The translations under genes and the position numbers were made by a program. From NCBI GenBank assembly GCA_964013405.1, contig CAXGWI010000005.1, positions 1 to 64,000 on the forward strand: 64,000 bases of DNA. The letters are read 5' to 3'. Positions 47,414 through 57,617 of the stretch are shown here, piece after piece (the stretch's first letter is position 1; every line of letters begins with the position of its first letter). Below the pieces are notes generated by a model that searched no databases, was not told the DNA's origin, and saw only the letters and a list, made by a program, of their open reading frames with translations. This DNA comes from an uncultured Myxococcales bacterium (lineage in GTDB: Bacteria; Myxococcota; UBA4151).

Positions 47414-48532
47414 TCAGGGCTGTTCAGGCTGAGGTGGACCGCTGCCGACCACGGGGCCCGACCGCTTTGCATTGAGTTCAATGATGGGCGGAAACCGGCG
47501 GGATGCGCCCGGCGGTAGGGGGGCGAAACGATCCGCTGGGATGCCCCGGATTTTGAGGGCTGCGGCCACCTCTTCAAGGGGCTGGTCTTGTCCCTCCATC
47601 CCAAGCTTGAAGGTTCCATAGTGGACTGGGATCGCTGCGGCTGCGCCACACTCCACAAAGCCTTCGACGGCCTCATCCGGATTCACGTGGACCGAGCGCA
47701 TCATGCCGTTGGGGAGATAAGCGCCGATGGGCATGACGGCTAAACGGGGTGGTCCGAGGCGCTCGAGGACTTGACGGAAGTGAGGGCCGCTGGCGGTATC
47801 GCCGGCGTAATACATAAGGCCGCTGGGGGTCTGCAGGGCCCAGCCCATCCAAAGGGTTCGGTCTCGGTCGAAAAGCCCTCGGGAGGAGAAGTGCTGGGCT
47901 GGAATGCCATGGAGGATGCGTCCCTCGCCGAGATCGAAGACCTGCCACCAGTCGGAAGCTTCGACCCGTTCAATCCCTGCATCTCGAACCAGGTGTTCCA
48001 CGCCGAGGGGGACGAAGAGCCGGGCCGGGTGCTCATCCATCAGACGCTTGAGGGTGGGCAGATCCGTGTGGTCGTAATGGTTGTGACTGATCACGATGGC
48101 ATCGATGGGTGGTAAATCCTCAAAGTCGATGCCCGGCGGATGAAACCGATGGGGGCCCGCAAAGGAAAATGGGCTCGCTCGATCAGACCAATGGGGATCG
48201 GTGAGCAGATTGATTCCCTCGGTTTGAATGAGCACCGTCGAGTGGCCCACAAAGGTGGCCACCATCTCGGCGCCGTCGACTCGGTCTTGGGGCTTCGCCT
48301 TTGTCTCGATCGCTCGGGGCGACCAGGTGCTGTTCTTCGTCTCCCAGGCCGTCTTCATCGCCCGGAGGGGATCCCGCAGGCGGGGTACTTGATTGATGAA
48401 CTTTTTGCCGTCGAAGTTACGCTGCGTCGGGCCGTTGTGGCCCTCCGCACTTAAATGCCAGCCCACCAAAGCGGTCGTGAGCCCCAGGAGAACCAGACCC
48501 AGGCCGAGGAACTTCAGAATGACTCGGATCAT
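47414..48532 (-). CDS. MBL-fold metallo-hydrolase (NAPE-PLD/RomA-like)
   Basis: GHST, LTDP.WS.R, SHNHYDH, PAQHFS, AGDT, PIGAY, HYGTF. Confidence 0.92.
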   Translation of the reverse strand: MIRVILKFLGLGLVLLGLTTALVGWHLSAEGHNGPTQRNFDGKKFINQVPRLRDPLRAMKTAWETKNSTWSPRAIETKAKPQDRVDGAEMVATFVGHSTVLIQTEGINLLTDPHWSDRASPFSFAGPHRFHPPGIDFEDLPPIDAIVISHNHYDHTDLPTLKRLMDEHPARLFVPLGVEHLVRDAGIERVEASDWWQVFDLGEGRILHGIPAQHFSSRGLFDRDRTLWMGWALQTPSGLMYYAGDTASGPHFRQVLERLGPPRLAVMPIGAYLPNGMMRSVHVNPDEAVEGFVECGAAAAIPVHYGTFKLGMEGQDQPLEEVAAALKIRGIPADRFAPLPPGASRRFPPIIELNAKRSGPVVGSGPPQPEQP

Positions 48533-49203
48533 ACCGACCACTGGCTCCGAAAGCGTTGCTCGATTTCTGCCACATTGGGAATGACCCCGCGGCACCAATG
48601 GAGAAAAATATCTATTTTTTCTTCCTCGCTGAGCCCCCAGTCGAGGCCGCTGACCTGGAGTCGAGTGCGTAGGTCATAGAGACCGAGGGCCACGCTGACC
48701 GAGAGATTAAAGCTCTCCGCAAAGCCATACATGGGCAGCCGGACCACGTGATCTGCCATCTCCAAAACCGTCTGGCTTAAGCCTGGCTTTTCTTCGCCGA
48801 AGCAAAGGGCCAGCGGTCGGTCGATGGGCAGATCGGCCAGGGTTTGATCGGTGTGCGGTGTGGTGGCGACCAGTTGATAGCCTTTGGCTCGCAGGGCCTC
48901 AAAGCAGTCCACAGCGTTCGGGTAGCGAAAGGTACTCACCCAACGCTGACTTCCCATGGCGATGTCTTTATTGGGCTGAAAGCGGTTGTTCAACTCGATG
49001 AGGTGAAGATCCTGGAGCCCAAAGGCATCGCAGGAGCGAATCACAGCGCTGGCGTTATGGGGTTGGAAGATGTTTTCGAGGACCACGGTCAGGTGGCGAG
49101 TGCGTTGATCGAGAACGTCTCGGAAGCGAGTCACTTTGTGCTCGCTGAGCCACTGGCCGCTCAGATGGGCCATCAGTGCCGCGTCGTAGTGTCGCTCCAT
49201 CAC
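48529..49203 (-). CDS. trmH: SpoU/TrmH-family RNA 2'-O-methyltransferase
   Basis: HNASAVIRSCDAFG, FGEEKPGLS, LPMYGFAESFNLSV. Confidence 0.88.
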   Translation of the reverse strand: MMERHYDAALMAHLSGQWLSEHKVTRFRDVLDQRTRHLTVVLENIFQPHNASAVIRSCDAFGLQDLHLIELNNRFQPNKDIAMGSQRWVSTFRYPNAVDCFEALRAKGYQLVATTPHTDQTLADLPIDRPLALCFGEEKPGLSQTVLEMADHVVRLPMYGFAESFNLSVSVALGLYDLRTRLQVSGLDWGLSEEEKIDIFLHWCRGVIPNVAEIEQRFRSQWSV

Positions 49204-49282
49204 GCTTTCGTTGCCCCCTGGGTCGACTTACCGTTGAGGCCAGGGCCTAGTCATGGTCAAGGCCTGCGCTCAGGAGATCATC

Positions 49283-50200
49283 ATGTCCATACGAAGCAAA
49301 GTGATCTGGATGAACGGGGAACTCGTTCCTTACGACGAAGCCAACGTTCATATCCTCTCCCACACCCTGCATTATGGCTTGGGCTTGTTTGAAGGAATTC
49401 GCAGTTATGCCCAAGAGGGTGGTGGCGGCGGCGTCTTTCATTTGGATGCCCACTTGGATCGCCTCTACGACAGTGCCAAGATGTGCCACATCCAAGTGCC
49501 GGTTGCCAAAGAGGCGTTGCGCCAAGCCTGTCTGGAGACCCTGCGGGCCAACGACTTCGATGAAGCCTATATTCGACCCCTCATCCACTTAGGCCACGGG
49601 GCCATGGGCCTTGGAGCTCGTAGCAATCCCGTCCACGTGAGCGTGGCCACTTGGGAGTGGGGGGCCTATCTCGGCGCCGAAGGTCTAGAAAAAGGGATCA
49701 GCGTGGGGACCTCCTCCTTTGCTCGCCACGCGGTGGGTTCGACCCTGCAGCGAGCCAAGGTCGTCGGCCACTACGTGAACTCGATCCTCGCTCGCTATGA
49801 AGCCAACGATAATGGCTTCGACGAGGCGGTGATGCTCGACGCCACCGGCCTGGTGGCCGAGGGCACCGGCGAAAACATCTTCGCCATCAAAAACGGTGTG
49901 GTGAAGACCCCATCCGTTACCAATATTCTCGCCGGGATCACCCGCCGGACCGCGATCCAGATGTTGGAGCACCTCGGTTACACGGTGCAAGAGACCTTGT
50001 TTGGTCGGGACGCCCTTTATGTGGCCGATGAGGTCTTCATGACCGGGACCGCTGCTGAGATCACGCCGGTGCGGGAAGTGGACCGGCGCCCGGTCGGTGC
50101 GGGGCAGCGGGGCCCGATCACCGAGGCCTTGCAGTCTCTCTATGCCGAGGGTGTTCGGGGTCGGGTCGACTGGATGCGGCCCATGATTACGACCTACTGA
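49283..50200 (+). CDS. ilvE: Branched-chain amino acid aminotransferase
   Basis: LHYG...FEGIR, YIRP, AKVVGHYVNS, EGTGENIF, GITR, TGTAAEITP. Confidence 0.96.
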   Translation: MSIRSKVIWMNGELVPYDEANVHILSHTLHYGLGLFEGIRSYAQEGGGGGVFHLDAHLDRLYDSAKMCHIQVPVAKEALRQACLETLRANDFDEAYIRPLIHLGHGAMGLGARSNPVHVSVATWEWGAYLGAEGLEKGISVGTSSFARHAVGSTLQRAKVVGHYVNSILARYEANDNGFDEAVMLDATGLVAEGTGENIFAIKNGVVKTPSVTNILAGITRRTAIQMLEHLGYTVQETLFGRDALYVADEVFMTGTAAEITPVREVDRRPVGAGQRGPITEALQSLYAEGVRGRVDWMRPMITTY

Positions 50201-52776
50201 TGGCTCGCTGGACGCTGATCGCCTGGCTCCTGTGTGGTGCGTGCGCTGCCTGTGAAGAAGAGCCGGTTCAAAATTCGATTGAGTTGAGCCAGGGCTCAAC
50301 ACGAGTGGTGGCGACATTCTCACCCTTTTCGCTCCAGGTTTTCGAGGGCGATCGCTTGGTGGGGCGGACCGCCGAGCGCGGTTGTCCAGCCCTTAGCTTG
50401 GCCTTGAAAGAGGGGACTTCTGCCGAACGTTTCCATGCCCCGGAAGAGCCAACGGATGACCTGACTTGGCTTGAGAGCGTCGATGCGGAGCGACAAGAAG
50501 ACGGCAGTCTCCTCATCCCACTCAAGGGCGAACTCGAAGGGGAGAGCGCCCGACTCAGCCTCGCCCCGGGCCCAGAGGGCTTTGTCGACATCGACATTCA
50601 ATTCACAGCGCCTCCCGAACAAATCGCCATGAATCGAATCTGCTGGCAGTTACGGGAGGGCGAGCACGTGGTCGGTGCCGGTGAACGCTTCGACGGTGTG
50701 GATCTCTTGGGCCGAGTGGTGCCCTTATATTTTGCCGCACCTCGAAACTACGCGTCCTCCACCAACGAGTCCCATGCACCGGTCCCGTTCTTCGCCACCA
50801 CGGGGGGAATGGCCGTGCTGACGGAGACCGAGCGGGTGGGCGCCTATGATGTGGGCGCCACCGATGCCGATCACCTGCGGGCCCTCTTCCATGGCGACCA
50901 GTTGCCCTTGCGCATCCGGGCCGGTCACATCCTCGATAATGCCGCGGCCCATGCTCGACGGATGGGCCTGCCCCCCAAACCACCCCGCTGGGTCCTTGCT
51001 CCCCAACAGTGGCGTAACGAACATGCGGTGACGGTGCGTAACGGTGAGGTCGTCTCCACCGGTCAGGATCGGGTTTTGGCCGATGCCCGTAAGCTTCGGG
51101 AGTTGGAGATTCCCGGCAGCCTCATTTGGATCGATGCGCCTTGGTCGACGGGTCACAATACCTTTGAGTGGAATCGGGTTCAGTTCCCCGATCCCGATGC
51201 CATGTTGGCCGAACTGGAAGCATTGGGTTTCAACGCCATCGTCTGGGCTACAGAGCATATTAATACCTCTGACGATTCGGACCAGCAGGTTGGTATGCCC
51301 ATCGAGGGAAGCCGGGAACTTTACGACCGCTTTGCTGAGGAGGGCTGGTTGGTCGAGGCACCGGATGGCCAGCCATTTCGCTTTCAATGGGGTCGGGGCT
51401 TTGGTGGTCATGTAGACTTCTCCAATCCCGATGCGGTGGCTGCTTATCAGGACCTTGTTCGCCCTGTGCTTGAGCAGGGGATTCGAGGATTTAAGTTGGA
51501 TTATGGCGAGACCATGCGGGCGGACCTGCTCGGCATGGACAACCGAGCTGTCACCTTTCACGATGGGGCGGGCTCAGAGATTCACCACACTCGGTACAGT
51601 CGACTCTTTCATGAGGCGATGATCGGGGTTTTGAAAGAGGTTCACCCGGACGATTGGTATGTAATCACTCGGACCGGGGGGATTTACGACACAAAGAATG
51701 GAATTACGCTCTGGCCTGGTGACTTAGACAATGACTTCCGGCGAGCCGGTGAGGTGGAAGAGGATGGACGCTTGAGCGTCGGCGGACTGCCGGCTGCAGT
51801 CAGTGCTCATTTGAGCGCCTCCATGAGTGGCTATCCCCTCTATGGCAGCGACATCGGTGGTTACCGAGGGGGGCCCTCCAACACAGAGGTTCTCCTGCGA
51901 TGGTCTCAGTTCGGCGCCCTCTCTACAGTGATGCAGTTGGGCGGCGGCGGCCGGGGCGACACGACCCATAATCCTTGGGATGAGAATCTCTATGATACCG
52001 AGATCGCCGTGCCGATCTACCGGACCTATTCTCAACTGCACATGCGACTGATGCCCACCATCGAAGGCCTGATCGACCGGGCGGTCACCGATGGAAGCCC
52101 ACCGCTGGTGCCAGTGGGTGTTGCCGCCGGAGAAGTGGAGGCTGCTTGGGCGGACCAAGAGAGTTATCTCTTTGGGCCGGACCTTCTGGTGGCACCGGTG
52201 GTGGAAGCAAGCACCGAGCGCCGGCTGTTTGCGCCCAGTGGGCAATGGTTCAGTTGGTGGGATGACAGCGTGATTGAGGGCGGTCGGGCCTATGTGGTGG
52301 CAACACCTCTGGAGACGATGCCGATCTATCAGCGGGGAGGCAGCCTGCTGGCGATGACCGATCCCCGTCTCCGCACCGTTCTGCCCTATGCTGACGAAGA
52401 TCTAGACCGTTATGGGAAGACCCTGTGGTTACGGGTGGTCCCCGGCCTCGCCGGCAACAAAAGTTGGCGCTTCGATGGAGCCTGGGGAGCCAGCGCTGGG
52501 CAGGGCAGCGTGACTGCCAGCCAGGTCACGACGGGGGCTCAGACAAGCATCAGCGTGAATCGATCCCAGCGGGGACGGACCGTCGTCGAACTGCGACTGC
52601 GTCCAGACACCGGACCTGATGCCGGGGCCCAGGTGACCGCGGCGGGGGCGACGGTTCCCGAGGTGGCGGAAGACGACTTTTTGGACTGCGTCGCGCCCTG
52701 CATCGCTCGGGGCGATAACCACCTGTTGATCGCCGTCGATGGGGAGCGTCCACAGATTCAGGTGGGTCGTCCCTAG
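50200..52776 (+). CDS. Glycoside hydrolase family 31, putative lipoprotein
   Basis: WID, GFKLDYGE, WPGD, GSDIGG, YLFG.DLLVAPV. Cys-containing signal peptide. Confidence 0.9.
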   Translation: MARWTLIAWLLCGACAACEEEPVQNSIELSQGSTRVVATFSPFSLQVFEGDRLVGRTAERGCPALSLALKEGTSAERFHAPEEPTDDLTWLESVDAERQEDGSLLIPLKGELEGESARLSLAPGPEGFVDIDIQFTAPPEQIAMNRICWQLREGEHVVGAGERFDGVDLLGRVVPLYFAAPRNYASSTNESHAPVPFFATTGGMAVLTETERVGAYDVGATDADHLRALFHGDQLPLRIRAGHILDNAAAHARRMGLPPKPPRWVLAPQQWRNEHAVTVRNGEVVSTGQDRVLADARKLRELEIPGSLIWIDAPWSTGHNTFEWNRVQFPDPDAMLAELEALGFNAIVWATEHINTSDDSDQQVGMPIEGSRELYDRFAEEGWLVEAPDGQPFRFQWGRGFGGHVDFSNPDAVAAYQDLVRPVLEQGIRGFKLDYGETMRADLLGMDNRAVTFHDGAGSEIHHTRYSRLFHEAMIGVLKEVHPDDWYVITRTGGIYDTKNGITLWPGDLDNDFRRAGEVEEDGRLSVGGLPAAVSAHLSASMSGYPLYGSDIGGYRGGPSNTEVLLRWSQFGALSTVMQLGGGGRGDTTHNPWDENLYDTEIAVPIYRTYSQLHMRLMPTIEGLIDRAVTDGSPPLVPVGVAAGEVEAAWADQESYLFGPDLLVAPVVEASTERRLFAPSGQWFSWWDDSVIEGGRAYVVATPLETMPIYQRGGSLLAMTDPRLRTVLPYADEDLDRYGKTLWLRVVPGLAGNKSWRFDGAWGASAGQGSVTASQVTTGAQTSISVNRSQRGRTVVELRLRPDTGPDAGAQVTAAGATVPEVAEDDFLDCVAPCIARGDNHLLIAVDGERPQIQVGRP

Positions 52777-52788
52777 GCCACCACTGCC

Positions 52789-54192
52789 GTGCTCTTCAAC
52801 TCGCTTATCTTTCTTCTCTTTGCGGCGGTATTTTACGCCCTCTGGCTCGGTCCATTTCGCCACCGTTCGCCCCTGTTTCGTCAGGGCGTCTTGGTGGTCT
52901 TTTCTCTGGTTTTTTACGGCTGGTGGAAATGGGCCTACATCGGCTTGATTCTGGCCAGTGGGCTTATCGATTACACTGCGGCCCTGGCGATGAAACGCTG
53001 GCCGGCTAGCCGGCGCTGGGCCCTTTTCGCCTCGATTCTGGGCAACCTGGGCATTCTTGCAGCCTTCAAATACGCGGGCTTCCTGGCTGAGAATCTCGAT
53101 CTGTTGGGCAAAAGCATCGGCCAGGACTGGGGGGTTCAAGGGGCCTTGCCCAGTTTGCTGGACACCCTGCCGGTCGGCATTAGCTTTTATACCTTTCAGT
53201 CCATGAGTTACACCATTGATGTTTACCGTGGTCGCTTAGAACCCACGAGAAATATCGTTGGTTTCTTTGCTTATCTTAGCCTTTTCCCCCAGCTCGTGGC
53301 CGGGCCCATCGTTCGGGCTAGCAACCTCCTGCCACAAGTCCTGTTGCTGCCAAGCCCCCGACCGGAACAAGTGCGTGAGGGCTTCATTTTGGTCCTGTCG
53401 GGCTTCGTTAAAAAGGTCGTTCTAGCAGACCAACTTGCCCCTTATGTGGAGACGGCATTTGCCGGCGGTTCAACCACCGGGTCCCCCTTATATTGGTGGC
53501 TGGTCACTATGATGTTTGCCGTGCAGATTTACGGTGATTTCAGTGGCTATACAGACATCGCTCGAGGCCTGGGCAAATGGATGGGTTTCGACTTTGATGT
53601 GAACTTCAACCACCCCTATCTGGCCCGTAGCTTGAGGGACTTCTGGCGCCGCTGGCACATCAGCCTTTCCACCTGGTTTAGAGACTACGTCTACATTCCA
53701 TTGGGGGGATCCCGGCGGGGCGTCCTTTGGGGGATTGGTGCCATGGCGATCACCATGGTGGTCAGCGGTCTTTGGCACGGGGCCGCTTGGACCTTCGTGG
53801 CTTGGGGAGCGATTCATGCGCTGGTGCTCGCGGTGGAGCGCCTCGGTGCCCTCGAACGGCGACTGCCGCCGGTGCTCGTTCGCAGCTACACCCTGCTCGC
53901 GGTGCTGTTCGCTTGGGTGATGTTTCGAGCCGAGTCGATGGCCCAGGCTCAAGGCATCTGCGCCCGCATGCTCGGCTTGGGGGCGGAGCAGACGCCTTGG
54001 GGTCATCCGATTTTTGGTCTCTTTCCCCTCAGCGTCCTCTTGGTTTTTGTCGCCTGGGAAGTAGCCGTGGCCCGACAGTGGCATCGCCCGCTGTTTCGCG
54101 ACCGGCTCCTGCCCTGGACCCTGGCTGTCTTCGCCTTGATGGCCGTCTTTCTTCGTGGGCCGTCCGCCCAGTTTATCTACTTTCAGTTCTAG
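52789..54192 (+). CDS. MBOAT-family O-acyltransferase (AlgI/DltB-like)
   Basis: MLFNS, LPVGISFYTFQ, FPQLVAGPI, DFSGY.DIA, FWRRWHISLS.W, GLWHGA, FIYFQF. Confidence 0.96.
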   Translation: MLFNSLIFLLFAAVFYALWLGPFRHRSPLFRQGVLVVFSLVFYGWWKWAYIGLILASGLIDYTAALAMKRWPASRRWALFASILGNLGILAAFKYAGFLAENLDLLGKSIGQDWGVQGALPSLLDTLPVGISFYTFQSMSYTIDVYRGRLEPTRNIVGFFAYLSLFPQLVAGPIVRASNLLPQVLLLPSPRPEQVREGFILVLSGFVKKVVLADQLAPYVETAFAGGSTTGSPLYWWLVTMMFAVQIYGDFSGYTDIARGLGKWMGFDFDVNFNHPYLARSLRDFWRRWHISLSTWFRDYVYIPLGGSRRGVLWGIGAMAITMVVSGLWHGAAWTFVAWGAIHALVLAVERLGALERRLPPVLVRSYTLLAVLFAWVMFRAESMAQAQGICARMLGLGAEQTPWGHPIFGLFPLSVLLVFVAWEVAVARQWHRPLFRDRLLPWTLAVFALMAVFLRGPSAQFIYFQF

Positions 54193-54205
54193 GCAGGGGG
54201 AGTTG

Positions 54206-55147
54206 ATGAAGCGCTTGGTATGGCCGGTGGTGTTGAGCTTGGTTGTGGCCGGTGGGCTGCGGACACTCACCGGCGCTATGGGCGACAGTCGAACGGTGGA
54301 TAGCAGGACTTTTTGGCGATTAAAAACCCACCCGGGGCAGCAGTTTGATGGCCTGCTGGTGGGGGATTCGAGGACCTACCGGGGCTTGTCACCGACGGTC
54401 ATGGAGCCCTTTTTATCGGGCCGGCGCGTGCATAACTTGGGCTATTCCTCGGGGCGCCTTTCCCGGGATCTCTTCGACCATGCTGAGGGCTTGTTGAATC
54501 CGGAGGCGCAGCCACCATTCATCGTCCTGGGGCTCAGTGCCCATGCATTATCGAAGGCGAAGCAGGGGCCGGAAAACCCCCAGTTGGCTCGCTATCTTGA
54601 TCTGGGTGATTGGGAGCAGCGCCTCGACTTATGGGCCCGACCGCTCACCCAGCACGTTTTTAGACCGCTGGTCGCCGACCCTACCGTCGCGCTGCAAATG
54701 GCCCGGCAGGGGGAAGGCCGGGTTCGCTATCACCAGCGCTTTGACGAGCGGGGCTTTGTCGCCTCAATCACCGAGCCTGTGGATCCGCAGCGTGCTTTGA
54801 AGAGCTACGGCAAAACCCTTCGGGAGCACCCTGTGGATCCAGGGGTGGTTCGAGTCCTTATCGACCGGGTGGCCCGTTGGCATAAAGCGGGGGTGAGCGT
54901 CTATATTCTGCGTTTGCCGGTGCCCGCGGCGATGGATGACCTTGAGCGGGGCTTAGGTGGCTTTGATGAGCGGCAGCTGCGAATGGATTTAGCCCGGGCC
55001 GGTGGCCATTGGCTGGGGCTCGAGACGAAGGATCTGAGCACCTACGATGGGAGTCATTTGGATCCGGAATCCGCCCGCCGGCTCTCTCAGCGGGTGGCCG
55101 AGGCCATCGCCACCGACCTGTCCTTGGATCCGGCCCCCAAGCCCTAG
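54206..55147 (+). CDS. SGNH-like periplasmic partner of the MBOAT (AlgJ/DltD-like)
   Basis: N-terminal transmembrane segment, VGDSR, NLG, DGSHL. Directly downstream of the MBOAT gene. Confidence 0.75.
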   Translation: MKRLVWPVVLSLVVAGGLRTLTGAMGDSRTVDSRTFWRLKTHPGQQFDGLLVGDSRTYRGLSPTVMEPFLSGRRVHNLGYSSGRLSRDLFDHAEGLLNPEAQPPFIVLGLSAHALSKAKQGPENPQLARYLDLGDWEQRLDLWARPLTQHVFRPLVADPTVALQMARQGEGRVRYHQRFDERGFVASITEPVDPQRALKSYGKTLREHPVDPGVVRVLIDRVARWHKAGVSVYILRLPVPAAMDDLERGLGGFDERQLRMDLARAGGHWLGLETKDLSTYDGSHLDPESARRLSQRVAEAIATDLSLDPAPKP

Positions 55148-55190
55148 CGCCGGTTGGCTTGCAACGGCGGCCTTAACCCTTCATCGAGGC

Positions 55191-57614
55191 TCATTCGCCA
55201 TGGGCCGAACGGGTCTCAGCGCTAATCGCATGATCCCAAAGAAGCACCGCGTCGAGATCGCCGGTAAAGGCTCGCTCTAAGCAGGCTTCATCGGCGCCAC
55301 AGCCACCCATGCGTAGAGGTGCTACATTGTTCCTGAGGGTGCCTGTTGCTGGGGCAAAGCCCGCATTCTGGCCCCGCACAAACAAGCTGAGACCCTGGCC
55401 GTCATAGACCGTGCAGAGTTGATTCCACTGGCCGAAGGAGACCGGCATGGTGCCATCGACACGGACCTGACCTTCAAGGGTGGCGATGCTCACCCAGGGG
55501 CGTTGATTACTGGGTTCGATGGCCAGGCGATAGGAGCCCCCCTTCTCGACCACGATAAAGCGCTCTCGCTCCTGCTGGGCCAAGGGGCGCACCCAAGCGC
55601 AAAGGGAGAAGGTATCAAAGCCATCGAGTCGGTCATGATCGGCGATCTCCACATAAGCTCCATCTTGGAAAGCCAAGGCGCCGGCAGGCACTTGGCGCCG
55701 ATCCGCCACCATGGCCGCACCCTGGTTGATGCCGTGGTGCTCATTGCCAGAGGAATCGAGAATATCACCGTCCATGGGATAGCAGGCCATGCTGCCGAGA
55801 CAGGCGGCCCCTGAACGGCAGGTGTTCGAACAAAAGTCATTGTCCTCGTCGTTACCATCATCGCAGTCCTCAACACCGAACCAGATGATCCCATCGCCAC
55901 AGGTCGCCCTTAGACAAGCATCGGTGCAGGCGTCTTCGTCGCCGTCCTGGCCGTCATCACATTCCTCGCCGGCGAAATCATCGAGGATATTGTCGCCACA
56001 GACCGGCTCGCTGCAGTCTCGGCGGCAGGCATCTCGACCTTCTAGGTTGCCATCGTCGCAGGCTTCGTCGTGGTCGACGACGCCATCGCCACACGCCGGG
56101 CGTCGGCAATCGGGACGACAGCCGTCTGTAGGATCTTCGTTACCATCATCGCATTCTTCATCGTGATCGACGCGACCGTTGCCACAGGCTGCTAACTGAC
56201 AGGAGTTGCGACAGCCATCGCTGTCCACGTCATTGCCATCGTCACAGCCCTCGTAGCCGAGTTCACCAGCGCCCCGATTGGTGCGAAGAATTCCATCGCC
56301 ACACCGGGCCCGTCGACAGTCTCGGGTGCAGTCATCGCCATCTTCGTCATTGCCATCATCGCATTCTTCGATCCCGGCCCGCACGATGTTGTCGCCGCAG
56401 CGGGCGGCGACGCAGTCAGTGGTGCAGCCATCGCCGTCGACGCCGTTGCCATCGTCGCATTCTTCGACGCCGGCCCGGACATGGCCGTCGCCGCAGCGGG
56501 GCAACTCGCAGCGAGGCGTACATTCATCGCCGCCTTCCCGGTTGCCGTCATCGCAGAACTCCCGGCCCGGGTGGAGAATTCCATCGCCACATTCGGCTTC
56601 TGCACACTGGTTGGTGCAGTCATCGGTGTTGACTCGATTGCCATCATCACAGGCTTCGTAGCCGATCTCGTTGTCGTTCAGGTCCTGCCGCACGAGCCCA
56701 TCGCCACAGCGGGCAGAGATGCAGTTGTTGAGGCAGCCGTCGAAGGGGTCATCGTTGCCATCATCGCATTCTTCCCCTGGTCCTCGTAGACCGTCGCCAC
56801 AGGCCTCGAGTCGGCAGGTGAATGAGCAGCCATCGCCGCTAAAGGTGTTGCCGTCGTCGCATTCCTCGAAGCCCCGTTCACCGGCCTCGATGTCCGTCCG
56901 TAGAAAGCCATCGCCACATCGGGCCGGGCTGCAATCGTTCAAGCAGCCATCCACATTGGTTAAGTTGCCATCATCACAGCGTTCACCTTCGTCGATCACC
57001 CCGTCACCGCAGGGGGGCAATTGACAGGCCTCATTGCAGTCCTCGCCCCCGTCACATCCTTCACCGGGTTGCACCGTGCCATCGCCGCAGCGGGCCCGCT
57101 GGCACTGACCGTTGCAAAGGTCTTCCTCGATGAGATTTCCGTCATCGCATTGTTCGCTGCCCGGGCTGCCCTCGTCCAAATCCAGTCGCTGGATCCCGTC
57201 GCCGCAGCGGGCCACAAGGCATCGATGGGTGCAGGCGTCGTGGGCCTCCGCATTGCCATCGTCGCAGGCCTCGTAATCTGGCTCGCCTTCAACCCGGTCC
57301 AGCCGCAGGACACCATCCCCGCAACGGGCGATGTGGCAACTGTTCAGGCAGTCGTCCGCGTCGTTGCTGTTGCCATCGTCGCAGGCTTCAAAGCCTTCAT
57401 CGCCCTCGAGAAGGTCGCCTCGGCGAATCCCATCGCCACAGCGAGCCCGCTGGCACTGGTCCGTGCAAGCATCGTCGGCCACCGTGTTGTCGTCGTCACA
57501 TTCTTCGCCGGAATCCAGCAGTCCATCACCACAGACGGGGTCGGGGTCGAGGACGGCGGGAGCCACCTCACAGCCCATGGCGATGAAACCCAAAATCAGA
57601 GAGATACGAGCCAT
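55191..57614 (-). CDS. Lipoprotein with 17 Myxococcus Cys-rich repeats (DUF4215-like) and C-terminal LamG-like domain
   Basis: Lipobox AMGC, 17 CG[DN][GN]...E.CDD...C...C units, then D.SGN.HHG, F...AWVRP, W......YDG, F.G.LD. Confidence 0.9.
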   Translation of the reverse strand: MARISLILGFIAMGCEVAPAVLDPDPVCGDGLLDSGEECDDDNTVADDACTDQCQRARCGDGIRRGDLLEGDEGFEACDDGNSNDADDCLNSCHIARCGDGVLRLDRVEGEPDYEACDDGNAEAHDACTHRCLVARCGDGIQRLDLDEGSPGSEQCDDGNLIEEDLCNGQCQRARCGDGTVQPGEGCDGGEDCNEACQLPPCGDGVIDEGERCDDGNLTNVDGCLNDCSPARCGDGFLRTDIEAGERGFEECDDGNTFSGDGCSFTCRLEACGDGLRGPGEECDDGNDDPFDGCLNNCISARCGDGLVRQDLNDNEIGYEACDDGNRVNTDDCTNQCAEAECGDGILHPGREFCDDGNREGGDECTPRCELPRCGDGHVRAGVEECDDGNGVDGDGCTTDCVAARCGDNIVRAGIEECDDGNDEDGDDCTRDCRRARCGDGILRTNRGAGELGYEGCDDGNDVDSDGCRNSCQLAACGNGRVDHDEECDDGNEDPTDGCRPDCRRPACGDGVVDHDEACDDGNLEGRDACRRDCSEPVCGDNILDDFAGEECDDGQDGDEDACTDACLRATCGDGIIWFGVEDCDDGNDEDNDFCSNTCRSGAACLGSMACYPMDGDILDSSGNEHHGINQGAAMVADRRQVPAGALAFQDGAYVEIADHDRLDGFDTFSLCAWVRPLAQQERERFIVVEKGGSYRLAIEPSNQRPWVSIATLEGQVRVDGTMPVSFGQWNQLCTVYDGQGLSLFVRGQNAGFAPATGTLRNNVAPLRMGGCGADEACLERAFTGDLDAVLLWDHAISAETRSAHGE

Positions 57615-57617
57615 CGA

